From: a virus
DNA length: 48,938 bases
Direction: 5' to 3' (one strand)
Virus record (IMG/VR): IMGVR_UViG_3300038829_000024
Location: 1 to 48,938 of that record
Program-made: the position numbers and the translations under genes
Shown here: one piece after another, positions 31,891-39,323 of the stretch
Position numbering within the stretch: position 1 is the stretch's first letter
How the letters are laid out: each line of letters begins with the position of its first letter
The notes under the pieces: model-generated
The model's input: only the letters and a program-made list of their open reading frames with translations
What the model was told of the DNA's origin: nothing
Databases searched by the model: none

Positions 31891-34071
31891 ATGAGAGTAG
31901 TCTTCGACGTTGAGACTGATGCCCTTATCAATCCGACTACTATTCACTGTATTGTAGCTAAGGACCTAGACACACAAGAGATCAGTAAGTTCTATGGAGA
32001 GGGGCTTGCTACATTCCCAAACTATCATAGTAAAGTGACTGAATACGTAGGTCATAATATCTTATCATTTGATGTTCCAGTTTTGTGGCTGTTGATGGGA
32101 CTATCTTGTGATGATAAGAAACTTACTGATACTCTTGTGTTGTCTCGTCTTCTGAAGTACGGCATAGATGGTGGTCATTCTTTAGAAGCCTGGGGTAATA
32201 GGCTGGGTATACAGAAGAAAGGTCTTGATGTATCTTTCTCTGAGTTCTCTCAAGAGTTGTTAGATAGATGTATCTCGGACGTAGAGATCAACTACAAACT
32301 CTACCTTCTCCTCAAGAAGAAATTGATTGATCGTAAGGATTTTGATAAGGCGATTGAAGTTGAACATGCTGTGGCAAAAATATGCCTAGGCATGAAAGCA
32401 GATGGTTTTAAGTTTGATCTTGATAAAGCCACCTCCATTCATAAGACATTAGACACCAGGATTGCTGAGCTAGACGCAGAGCTATTATCTGCTTTCCCCT
32501 CTAAAGCTAAACTACATAGGGTGGTAACGCCTAAGGAAACAGTACATGGAACAATCTCAAGAGTCGGTTTCCCAAGAGACTGGGATGATCTTACCACCGT
32601 CTCAGTGGGCTGTCCTTTTTCTCTTGTTACTTGGGAACCTTTCAACCCGGCATCCCCGCCCCAAATTGTCGAAAGACTCAATAGATTTGGCTGGTCCCCA
32701 ACAGACAAAACCAAGGGCCACCAGGACGCAGTTGCCTCAAAGAATAAGGAAGCTTTGGCCAAGTTTAAAGAAACTGGATGGAAGGTAAACGAAACTAACC
32801 TTAGTTCTCTACCTGATAGTGCCCCGCAGGCAGCACACTCTCTCGTAGAGAGACTATTACTAGATGGAAGAAGGAGGTCTATAACAGAGTGGATTAACAA
32901 TTGCCGTATAAAGATAAAGATAAAAGAAACGCATTCTCAAGAGAGTGGCGCAAAAGAAATAGAAGTAAGGCAACCAGGTACGAGAGCGGCCCAGGAAAAC
33001 TTAAAAGAAGAGCAGCAGACCTTAAAAGAAAATACGGAATTACTCTTGACGACTATAGCAGAATGTCTACAGAACAAGGACATTGCTGTAAAATTTGTCT
33101 CAGAGAAACCAAACTCTTCGTCGATCATTGTCACACCACAGGGAAGGTTCGTGGACTTCTCTGTATCAGATGTAATTCAAGTCTCGGATGGTTCGAAAAA
33201 TGTCATATCTCAGTTGTCCAATACTTGTAAAGTTCATGGTACTTTCAATGGCATTGGAACCTGGTCTCATCGTCTGTCACACACCCACCCCAACCTTGGC
33301 AATGTGGCTGCACCAAAGTCTATTAAGTATAAGCATCCCAAGCTGGCGGACCTTGCAACTCTACTCGGAAAAGAGATGCGCAGTCTTTGGACCGTCAGTA
33401 ACCGAGACTGGTGGCTCGTGGGCACCGATGCCGTTGGTATCCAACTAAGGATCTTTGCTCACTACATCAATGATGAAGGTTTTACTCATGCCGTCACGCA
33501 AGGAACATCGAAGAATGGGGATGACCCCCATACCCTCAATTCCAAACTTCTTGGTTGCAATCGTGACACTGCCAAAACGTTTATCTACGCTTTTCTCTTG
33601 GGGGCGGGAGATGCAAAGATGGCCGAGATACTCGGTCTTAACAAAAGAGGAGGTCGAGAGGCTAGAACAGCTTTTATTGAAAGCTACCCAGGACTTGCGA
33701 GACTGCGAAAAGACATTATCCCAGCTGATGCAAGACGTGGGTATTTCAAAAGCTTCGACGGAAGGTTAGTTGTTTGCGAGAGTGAACACCTAATGATGGC
33801 AGGTTATCTCCAGACAGGAGAAGCCTGTGTTATGAAGACAGCTAACGTATTATGGAGAAAAGAACTTGACAGAGAACAATCTCGATACATCCAAAGAAAC
33901 TTCGTGCACGATGAGTGGCAAACAGAGTCCTGCTCCTCAGACAGAAGAGATGCAGAACGAATTGGAGAAGTCCAACGAAGAAGTATCAGAACAGCCGGAG
34001 AGTCCTTCAACTTAAGATGTCCTATGGACGGTGACACACGCATAGGAAAGAACTGGTATGATACGCACTAG
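31891..34071 (+). CDS. Family-A DNA polymerase (T7 gp5-like) carrying a 107-codon in-frame insertion
   Basis: Exonuclease motifs FDVETD and GHNILSFDV. Polymerase motifs KVHGTFNGIGTWSHRLSHTHPNL, LVGTDAVGIQLRIFAH, RDTAKTFIYAFLLGAG and FVHDEW. The insertion sits between WINN and (T)CKVHG. Confidence 0.9.
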   Translation: MRVVFDVETDALINPTTIHCIVAKDLDTQEISKFYGEGLATFPNYHSKVTEYVGHNILSFDVPVLWLLMGLSCDDKKLTDTLVLSRLLKYGIDGGHSLEAWGNRLGIQKKGLDVSFSEFSQELLDRCISDVEINYKLYLLLKKKLIDRKDFDKAIEVEHAVAKICLGMKADGFKFDLDKATSIHKTLDTRIAELDAELLSAFPSKAKLHRVVTPKETVHGTISRVGFPRDWDDLTTVSVGCPFSLVTWEPFNPASPPQIVERLNRFGWSPTDKTKGHQDAVASKNKEALAKFKETGWKVNETNLSSLPDSAPQAAHSLVERLLLDGRRRSITEWINNCRIKIKIKETHSQESGAKEIEVRQPGTRAAQENLKEEQQTLKENTELLLTTIAECLQNKDIAVKFVSEKPNSSSIIVTPQGRFVDFSVSDVIQVSDGSKNVISQLSNTCKVHGTFNGIGTWSHRLSHTHPNLGNVAAPKSIKYKHPKLADLATLLGKEMRSLWTVSNRDWWLVGTDAVGIQLRIFAHYINDEGFTHAVTQGTSKNGDDPHTLNSKLLGCNRDTAKTFIYAFLLGAGDAKMAEILGLNKRGGREARTAFIESYPGLARLRKDIIPADARRGYFKSFDGRLVVCESEHLMMAGYLQTGEACVMKTANVLWRKELDREQSRYIQRNFVHDEWQTESCSSDRRDAERIGEVQRRSIRTAGESFNLRCPMDGDTRIGKNWYDTH
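32901..33230 (+). CDS. Endonuclease VII-type HNH nuclease, nested in the polymerase gene in a different reading frame
   Basis: TTG start 3 nt after an in-frame TAA. Motif CCKICLRETKLFVDHCHTTGKVRGLLCIRCNSSLG. The stop TAA (33228-33230) overlaps polymerase codons TGT-AAA. Confidence 0.75.
   Translation: MPYKDKDKRNAFSREWRKRNRSKATRYESGPGKLKRRAADLKRKYGITLDDYSRMSTEQGHCCKICLRETKLFVDHCHTTGKVRGLLCIRCNSSLGWFEKCHISVVQYL
32902..33222 (+). mobile_element. 321-nt insertion in the polymerase gene, flanked by CAAT direct repeats and coextensive with the endonuclease VII ORF
   Basis: CAAT occurs at 32898-32901 and 33219-33222. T7 gp5 has only about 7 residues between the W and KIHG equivalents. Confidence 0.55.
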
Positions 34072-34118
34072 CGGATTATACGTTGTATGATACGCACTAA
34101 CAACAAGAAAGAAAAATA

Positions 34119-34352
34119 ATGGTAGACAATACCAAGAAGACTTATTACGCATTCGTTCAGTTCTCTGAGCCTCGTAAGATGGTTTGTCCTGTGGATGCAG
34201 GCAGCGAGGAAGAGGCTATTAAGATCGTGACAGACGCTATTGGCAAGGCTCCTGGTTTTCAGATTGACAAGATCACAGATGAGATGCCCAACATCGTTGA
34301 TGGTGTAGTCTCTGATGAAGATGCTGGCTTAGTCAAGCCAACTATTAATTGA
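34119..34352 (+). CDS. Hypothetical acidic protein (77 aa)
   Basis: Track ORF, ATG preceded by gaaagaaaaataatg. Confidence 0.6.
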   Translation: MVDNTKKTYYAFVQFSEPRKMVCPVDAGSEEEAIKIVTDAIGKAPGFQIDKITDEMPNIVDGVVSDEDAGLVKPTIN

Positions 34353-34361
34353 GGATAAAAG

Positions 34362-34802
34362 ATGACAACTAATATCATTTACTTCTCTGGTGAAGCTATG
34401 TGGGCTAAGGTCTTCGAGCCTGACACTGACTATGACAAGACCAAGAAGTCTTATAAGATTGATCTGTATATGGACGACAAGTCTTGGCAGTTGTTTGAAG
34501 AGTCAGGTCTCCAACTCAAGGTAAGGGAAAACGCAGAAGGTAAGGAGTACGTTACCTTTAAGCGCCCCTCTGAGAAGGTTCGTAAAGGACAGCTTATTGC
34601 ATTTGATAAGCCTACCGTCTTGGATGCGAACGGAGACGAGACCACTGACAGGATTGGTAATGGCTCTGAAGTGATCGTGAAAGTCTCTGTCTATGATGGT
34701 AATCGTGGTAAGGGGCATACTCTTGAAGCAGTGAAGGTGACTAAGCTTGTACCTTATAATGAGGTTAAGAAGATTGCTGCTGAAGGGGTTGTTCCCTTTT
34801 AA
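34362..34802 (+). CDS. ssDNA-binding protein (T7 gp2.5-like)
   Basis: GEAMWAKVFEPD..YKIDLYM and IGNGSEVIVKVSVY parallel gp2.5 motifs. The C-terminal residue is Phe. Located next to polymerase and nuclease genes. Confidence 0.6.
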   Translation: MTTNIIYFSGEAMWAKVFEPDTDYDKTKKSYKIDLYMDDKSWQLFEESGLQLKVRENAEGKEYVTFKRPSEKVRKGQLIAFDKPTVLDANGDETTDRIGNGSEVIVKVSVYDGNRGKGHTLEAVKVTKLVPYNEVKKIAAEGVVPF

Positions 34803-35659
34803 TGAGTATTGATAATCTAGTACCAGACATTTATGCTCTCCTAGAGAAAGATGTACCGCTTTCCGAGGGGCAGGTGCAGGACCTTACGTCCAAACTTCAC
34901 GAGACGCTCCTCCGTGAACTAGCATCTGCCCCTCAGAAGAGGGCCTCAGTCTCTATGTCTAACCTAGGCGAGAAGTGTCTGCGTAAGTTGTGGTATCGAG
35001 AACACATGCCACAACTTGCTGAGAAGATGAAGCCGTGGGAGAGGATCAAACTTCTCTATGGCCACATCCTAGAAGATTTACTACTGTGTCTTGTTAAGTG
35101 TACCGGCAAGCATACAGTTACAGGAGAACAAACTACCCTGGATGTAGAGGGTATTAAGGGACACAGAGATGCTGTTATTGATGGTATGGTTATCGACGTT
35201 AAGTCAGCTAACTCTCGTAGCTTTGAGAAGTTTAAGAACCACGAGCTAGAGTTTAATGATCCGTTTAACTATGTCACACAGTTGTCAGCTTATGTAGAAG
35301 GCAGTAAGAAAGATGATCTTGTCACTGAAAAAGAAACTGCAGGGTTCCTGGCAGTCGATAAAGAACTGGGACATGTGGTCCTCGACACCTATCGAGTACA
35401 ACCCATCGACTTCCCTGCAAGAGTTGAACAGGTTAAACGAGCAGTTGAATGTAATGAACCTCCTACTCGCTACTATAGTTCTGTTGCAGATGGTAAATCT
35501 GGTAACGAAGTAATATGTACACAATGCAGATACTGTCCCTACAAGAAAGAATGTTGGAAGGATAGTAACAATGGTAGGGGTCTCCGTACATTCATCTACT
35601 CTAATGGACCTAGATGGTTAACTAAGGTAGTAAGGACTCCTGATGTGCAAGAGTTGTGA
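34802..35659 (+). CDS. PD-(D/E)XK exonuclease, Cas4/RecB-like with a 4-Cys cluster
   Basis: HRDAVIDGMVIDVKS (D...D-x-K). Cys residues at GEKCLRKLWY and CTQCRYCPYKKEC. Confidence 0.7.
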   Translation: MSIDNLVPDIYALLEKDVPLSEGQVQDLTSKLHETLLRELASAPQKRASVSMSNLGEKCLRKLWYREHMPQLAEKMKPWERIKLLYGHILEDLLLCLVKCTGKHTVTGEQTTLDVEGIKGHRDAVIDGMVIDVKSANSRSFEKFKNHELEFNDPFNYVTQLSAYVEGSKKDDLVTEKETAGFLAVDKELGHVVLDTYRVQPIDFPARVEQVKRAVECNEPPTRYYSSVADGKSGNEVICTQCRYCPYKKECWKDSNNGRGLRTFIYSNGPRWLTKVVRTPDVQEL

Positions 35660-35740
35660 GTCAGCATACCTTGCTGGGTAGTGTTAATAAGAAGAGGGCT
35701 ACATTAGATATGACCCTCCGCACACTAAAGAAAGTCCAAT

Positions 35741-36115
35741 TTGAAATTCAACAATCAACGACAGGGAAAATACCGGTCCCTGCTGGAGGCAAGAGTTGCC
35801 AAGAGCATTCCAAAGAAGCCAGGCATAAAGGTTGAGTACGAGAAAGTCTCCGTCCCATATGTAATCGAAGGACAATATTTACCAGACTTCGTAGTTACAT
35901 TGGGACGACAGACCTCATTCATAATCGAGGCTAAGGGCTTCTTCCGTGTTGAAGATAAGAGAAAGATGGTTGCTGTAAGGAAAGCAAACCCACACCTAGA
36001 TATTAGGTTTGTCTTCTCCTCTTCATCTAAAAGAAACAAGAGATGGTGCGAGAAGTATGGCTTCGGCTATGCTGTTGGAACACCCCCTAAGGAGTGGTTT
36101 AGTTTAAATGAGTAA
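35741..36115 (+). CDS. Endonuclease I (T7 gene 3-like Holliday junction resolvase)
   Basis: YRSLLEARV, IKVEYEKVSVPYVI, YLPDFVV, IIEAKGFF, EDKRK, PHLDIRFVFSSSS and WCEKYGF parallel T7 endonuclease I almost motif for motif. TTG start. Confidence 0.9.
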   Translation: MKFNNQRQGKYRSLLEARVAKSIPKKPGIKVEYEKVSVPYVIEGQYLPDFVVTLGRQTSFIIEAKGFFRVEDKRKMVAVRKANPHLDIRFVFSSSSKRNKRWCEKYGFGYAVGTPPKEWFSLNE

Positions 36116-36869
36116 GACCCACCTAGTGGTGCCCGATCAGCACGCACACTTTGAACACCATAACAAAAGGGCAGAATGGCTTGGTTCATTAATCCTAGAC
36201 ATTAAACCTGATGTTGTCATCATGATGGGTGATGCTTGTGACTTCCCATCTCTATGCTCTTATGACAAGGGAAAGAAGTCCTTTGAAGGAAGGACTTATA
36301 AGAAGGACATAGAAGCTCACTCTGATTTCCAAGACAGACTGTGGTCAACTGTTCGTCGAGGAAAAAAGAAAATGCCCATGAGAGTAAGTCTCATAGGCAA
36401 TCATGAACAGCGCATAAGCCGAGCTATAGAAGTACAACCAGAGCTAGATGGAGTAATATCTTATGATGATCTCGAGCTTGACCGGTACTATGACTGTGTT
36501 GTCCCTTACACTGGCAGCACTCCTGGCAGCATCAACATTGACGGGATCACTTACGCACACTACCTCGTTAGCGGCACCTCAGGGCGTCCGATCTCAGGTG
36601 AACATCATGCTTATTCCCTTCTTGCCAAGAGGTTTTCCTCCTGTACGGTCGCGCACTCGCATACCATGGACATATGTGTAAGGACTAAGGCTGACGGCAA
36701 GAAGATCTTTGGCCTAGTTGCTGGTGTATATCAAGACTATGATCCTCCCTTTGCTGGCGATGCCTCTAGTTTATGGTGGAGGGGGGTTGTTCTGAAACGC
36801 AACGTTGAAGAAGGTGTGTACGACCCACAGTTTATCAGCCTTGATGCAATTAAGAAGAACTATAGTTAA
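36108..36869 (+). CDS. Calcineurin-like metallophosphoesterase
   Basis: Motifs VVPDQHAH, MMGDACD, IGNHE and VAHSHT. Confidence 0.8.
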   Translation: MSKTHLVVPDQHAHFEHHNKRAEWLGSLILDIKPDVVIMMGDACDFPSLCSYDKGKKSFEGRTYKKDIEAHSDFQDRLWSTVRRGKKKMPMRVSLIGNHEQRISRAIEVQPELDGVISYDDLELDRYYDCVVPYTGSTPGSINIDGITYAHYLVSGTSGRPISGEHHAYSLLAKRFSSCTVAHSHTMDICVRTKADGKKIFGLVAGVYQDYDPPFAGDASSLWWRGVVLKRNVEEGVYDPQFISLDAIKKNYS

Positions 36870-36880
36870 GGACCACTACA

Positions 36881-36979
36881 ATGCTTGTGTCACTGCTGCT
36901 TATTACCCCACTCATTATCATAGTAGCCTGGCTTGTTAGGGAGTGTCTATTCGACAGTTGGTGGGGTACTGGAAAATGA
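36881..36979 (+). CDS. Possible 32-aa membrane peptide (not in the ORF track)
   Basis: AAGGA at 36868-36872 precedes the ATG at 36881. Encodes MLVSLLLITPLIIIVAWLVRECLFDSWWGTGK. Its stop overlaps the next ATG (ATGA). Confidence 0.3.
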   Translation: MLVSLLLITPLIIIVAWLVRECLFDSWWGTGK

Positions 36980-37143
36980 GTCTACTCCACGGAGTTGACA
37001 TCGACGAGATGCTAGAGATGTTCTCCTTGGAGGATATCTTTGAGCAGTGTGATCTCGATCCTGCTGAAGCCATAGAAGTTTTAGTTATGTCTGGTCATCT
37101 TAAGTTACCTGATTATCTAAAGAGAGGGCGACATGGCAAGTAA
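36976..37143 (+). CDS. Hypothetical acidic protein (55 aa from the ATG at 36976; track start 36943 is non-ATG)
   Basis: ATGA coupling with the upstream mini-ORF. Confidence 0.5.
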   Translation: MSLLHGVDIDEMLEMFSLEDIFEQCDLDPAEAIEVLVMSGHLKLPDYLKRGRHGK

Positions 37144-37357
37144 GAAAAGGGGTAAGAGAAGTGTTGAAGCTAAAGAACTTTCTTCCAGGAAGTATCGACA
37201 GAGGATCGTACTACCAAAGAAAAAGCGAGAGACAGGAAGAAAACCTAAAGTATCTGTACGCAGCGTCGAGCGTCTACATCCTAATGACGATTGGGACTCT
37301 ATTCATCGTCATCTTAAACATCTGGAGTCTGTGAATGAAACCTCCCAAGAAGATTAA
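37133..37357 (+). CDS. Hypothetical very basic protein (74 aa)
   Basis: Track ORF, Lys/Arg-rich N-terminal half. Confidence 0.55.
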   Translation: MASKKRGKRSVEAKELSSRKYRQRIVLPKKKRETGRKPKVSVRSVERLHPNDDWDSIHRHLKHLESVNETSQED

Positions 37358-37670
37358 AGTAGGGGGACATTACTATACTATCGTTTTAAAGGAAGAGGAG
37401 TTTGCCTCTTCAAGCCATGAAGATACGATTCTAGTTGGTGAACATGTTCCGATGAACAGTCAGATTAGGTTGTGCATTAAGGGGAGCAATCAGTTTATTG
37501 CTAGAATTCTTCTTCATGAAACTCTTCACGCTATCTTTGATCACCAGGGTATTGATCTTCCAGTTAAGGAAGAAGAAGATTTGGTGAATAGGATAACGTG
37601 GGGTTTATCTACTGTGATTGCAGACAATCCTGTCTTTGTTAAGTATCTACAAACCAACCTGAAAGGATAA
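37335..37670 (+). CDS. Small HExxH-motif protein (putative Zn-metallopeptidase-like)
   Basis: LLHETLHAIFDH. The function is otherwise unknown. Confidence 0.45.
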   Translation: MKPPKKIKVGGHYYTIVLKEEEFASSSHEDTILVGEHVPMNSQIRLCIKGSNQFIARILLHETLHAIFDHQGIDLPVKEEEDLVNRITWGLSTVIADNPVFVKYLQTNLKG

Positions 37671-37674
37671 ATAC

Positions 37675-37923
37675 ATGACTGTTAAGAATATGGTTTCTAG
37701 TCGTAAGGTCGTCGCAAGCACTCTCGTTGAAGTGAGGGACTGGCTCTCTAAGCAGACTGATGAAGAGTTCTCTAGCATCACTTCTTTTGGTGTTAGCAAG
37801 CACAATGTCTATGACAAAGAAACTAAGAAGTATGTCGATAAGGGATATGTTGTGAACATTTACTACGACGCTCTTGGGGGTCCTGTTGGAACAGCTGTCC
37901 TTGACGACTACGAGAGTATTTGA
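37675..37923 (+). CDS. Hypothetical protein (82 aa)
   Basis: Track ORF, ATG preceded by aaaggataaatac. Confidence 0.6.
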   Translation: MTVKNMVSSRKVVASTLVEVRDWLSKQTDEEFSSITSFGVSKHNVYDKETKKYVDKGYVVNIYYDALGGPVGTAVLDDYESI

Positions 37924-38260
37924 GACTGGTGCCTCTCGTGATCTAGACATTAATAAACTAGATTACGAGGGGTTCCTCTCGCCCTCAGTACTCAGGCGAT
38001 ATGCTGAGTATATGAGCAAGCACCGCATAATGGTAGATGGATCTGTTAGGGACAGTGACAACTGGCAGAAGGGCATGCCACAAGATGTATATGTGAAGTC
38101 CCTGCTGCGTCACGTAATGGATGTATGGCTATTTAACCGTGGCCTTACTCCTAACGAACCTATAGATGAAGCCCTATGTGCTGTTATCTTTAACTCAATG
38201 GGTTTACTAAATGAACGACTCAAAGGAAGTGTCAGTGCCAGAGCGACAGAGGTCCTGTAA
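37874..38260 (+). CDS. dATP/dGTP diphosphohydrolase N-terminal-domain-like protein; start uncertain
   Basis: FETGASRD..KLDYEGFLSPSVLRRYAEYMSKHR...DSDNWQKGMP...SLLRHV resembles that phage family as I recall it. Only TTG or CTG start candidates are present. Confidence 0.45.
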   Translation: MGVLLEQLSLTTTRVFETGASRDLDINKLDYEGFLSPSVLRRYAEYMSKHRIMVDGSVRDSDNWQKGMPQDVYVKSLLRHVMDVWLFNRGLTPNEPIDEALCAVIFNSMGLLNERLKGSVSARATEVL

Positions 38261-38465
38261 GAACTGTAAGTTCTCTTGGTTCAATATGATACCTAGATAT
38301 CATCAGTTAGATCTCGATCGTAACTTAACGACTTGTGATTTCAATGGTGGTAGATACTCATTAGATTATGTTTGTGGCTGGTGGAAGAAGGTGACAGATG
38401 TCCAATTGTTGCGAGCTAAAGACAAAACGCAAGAGCTTTCTGGAGTACATAAAGAAACCCGCTAG
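38211..38465 (+). CDS. Small 4-Cys protein (84 aa)
   Basis: SCKNCKFSWF...TCDF...VCGWW. Confidence 0.5.
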   Translation: MNDSKEVSVPERQRSCKNCKFSWFNMIPRYHQLDLDRNLTTCDFNGGRYSLDYVCGWWKKVTDVQLLRAKDKTQELSGVHKETR

Positions 38466-38703
38466 TCGTTCGACTAACGGGTGCTTTACTTGTCGCTTCT
38501 GGAGAAAGAATACTGAGAAGGTAATTTCCAGCTCAGATAAGAACATCTCTTTGTGTAAGAAGCTAGGAGTGTTCACTAGGGGAGATAGTAAGTGTGGATA
38601 CTTCGATAGGATACTCTCTGCAAGGACTAAGTTCCGGGACTATACTAGAGGTGGTAACGACTACCGAGAGGTAGACGAAGACCTATTTCCCGAGGACTAC
38701 TAA
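38398..38703 (+). CDS. Small 4-Cys protein, paralog of 38211..38465 (101 aa); start uncertain
   Basis: GCFTCRFWRK...LCKK...KCGYF. The 3' end overlaps the convergent minus-strand gene by 21 nt. Confidence 0.5.
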   Translation: MSNCCELKTKRKSFLEYIKKPASRSTNGCFTCRFWRKNTEKVISSSDKNISLCKKLGVFTRGDSKCGYFDRILSARTKFRDYTRGGNDYREVDEDLFPEDY

Positions 38704-39270
38704 GTGGATAGGAACCACCCCAGCAGCCGTCATCCCGACAGCCCTAGCCGCGGCCAAGGACAAATCAATCACTCGTCCAGCCACATAAGGCCCTCTGTCG
38801 TTAATTGTAACTACTGTGGACTGGCCATTTTTAAGGTTGGTTACTACTACTTTTGTCCCGAAAGGAAGCGTCTTGTGAGCTGCTGTCATGGCCTGGGGGT
38901 TAAACCAGCCCCCTGAAGCCACCCTCTGACCCTGCCAGTAATAGCTGGCCAACCCTGAGGTAGCCTGGGGATAGGCGTTTAAAGCCCTCAGGTTGACCGC
39001 TGGCTGGCGTTTAGCTACCCCGCTAGGGTAGGTGCTGCCACCCCCCACAGAGCCCTGTACGGGCTTCCTAGGGGCTTTAAACGCTATTCTAGCCTTTGAC
39101 TGCCCTACGGACCCCTTCAGGTACTGCCCTGCGGGGGTCTTTTCGTATTGGCTTGGCACTAGTCCCGTCTGTACCGTTGGCACTAGTCCCGTCTGTACCG
39201 TTGGGGTTATTTGAGCCAGGGAGGGGGTTGGAAGAAGGGTTAAAACTAGGATTAGAGGTAGAAATTTCAT
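38683..39270 (-). CDS. RlpA-like double-psi beta-barrel lytic transglycosylase with N-terminal signal peptide
   Basis: Signal-like MKFLPLILVLTLLPTPSLAQ. DPBB motifs GLASYYWQGQRVASGG, TAAHKTLPFGTKVVVTNLKNGQSTVVTINDRGPYVAGRVIDLS. Confidence 0.8.
   Translation of the reverse strand: MKFLPLILVLTLLPTPSLAQITPTVQTGLVPTVQTGLVPSQYEKTPAGQYLKGSVGQSKARIAFKAPRKPVQGSVGGGSTYPSGVAKRQPAVNLRALNAYPQATSGLASYYWQGQRVASGGWFNPQAMTAAHKTLPFGTKVVVTNLKNGQSTVVTINDRGPYVAGRVIDLSLAAARAVGMTAAGVVPIHLVVLGK
39153..39200. repeat. Perfect 24-bp tandem duplication inside the RlpA-like gene
   Basis: ttggcactagtcccgtctgtaccg x2, encoding VQTGLVPT x2. Confidence 0.85.
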
Positions 39271-39323
39271 TAAGCATCTCTTCTGTTAGGTCGGATAGTT
39301 TAATCCAGGTGTTCTTCATTGAT

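Noticed and set aside
32902-33222. The polymerase insertion as a bona fide mini-intein (Cys first, ..SN followed by Thr, FVDFSVSD-like block F)
   Set aside because: It is only 107 aa, has no block-B TxxH and a low-complexity N-terminus (CRIKIKIKE). The only recognisable protein domain (endonuclease VII) is in another frame. It is reported as an open question, not as an intein.
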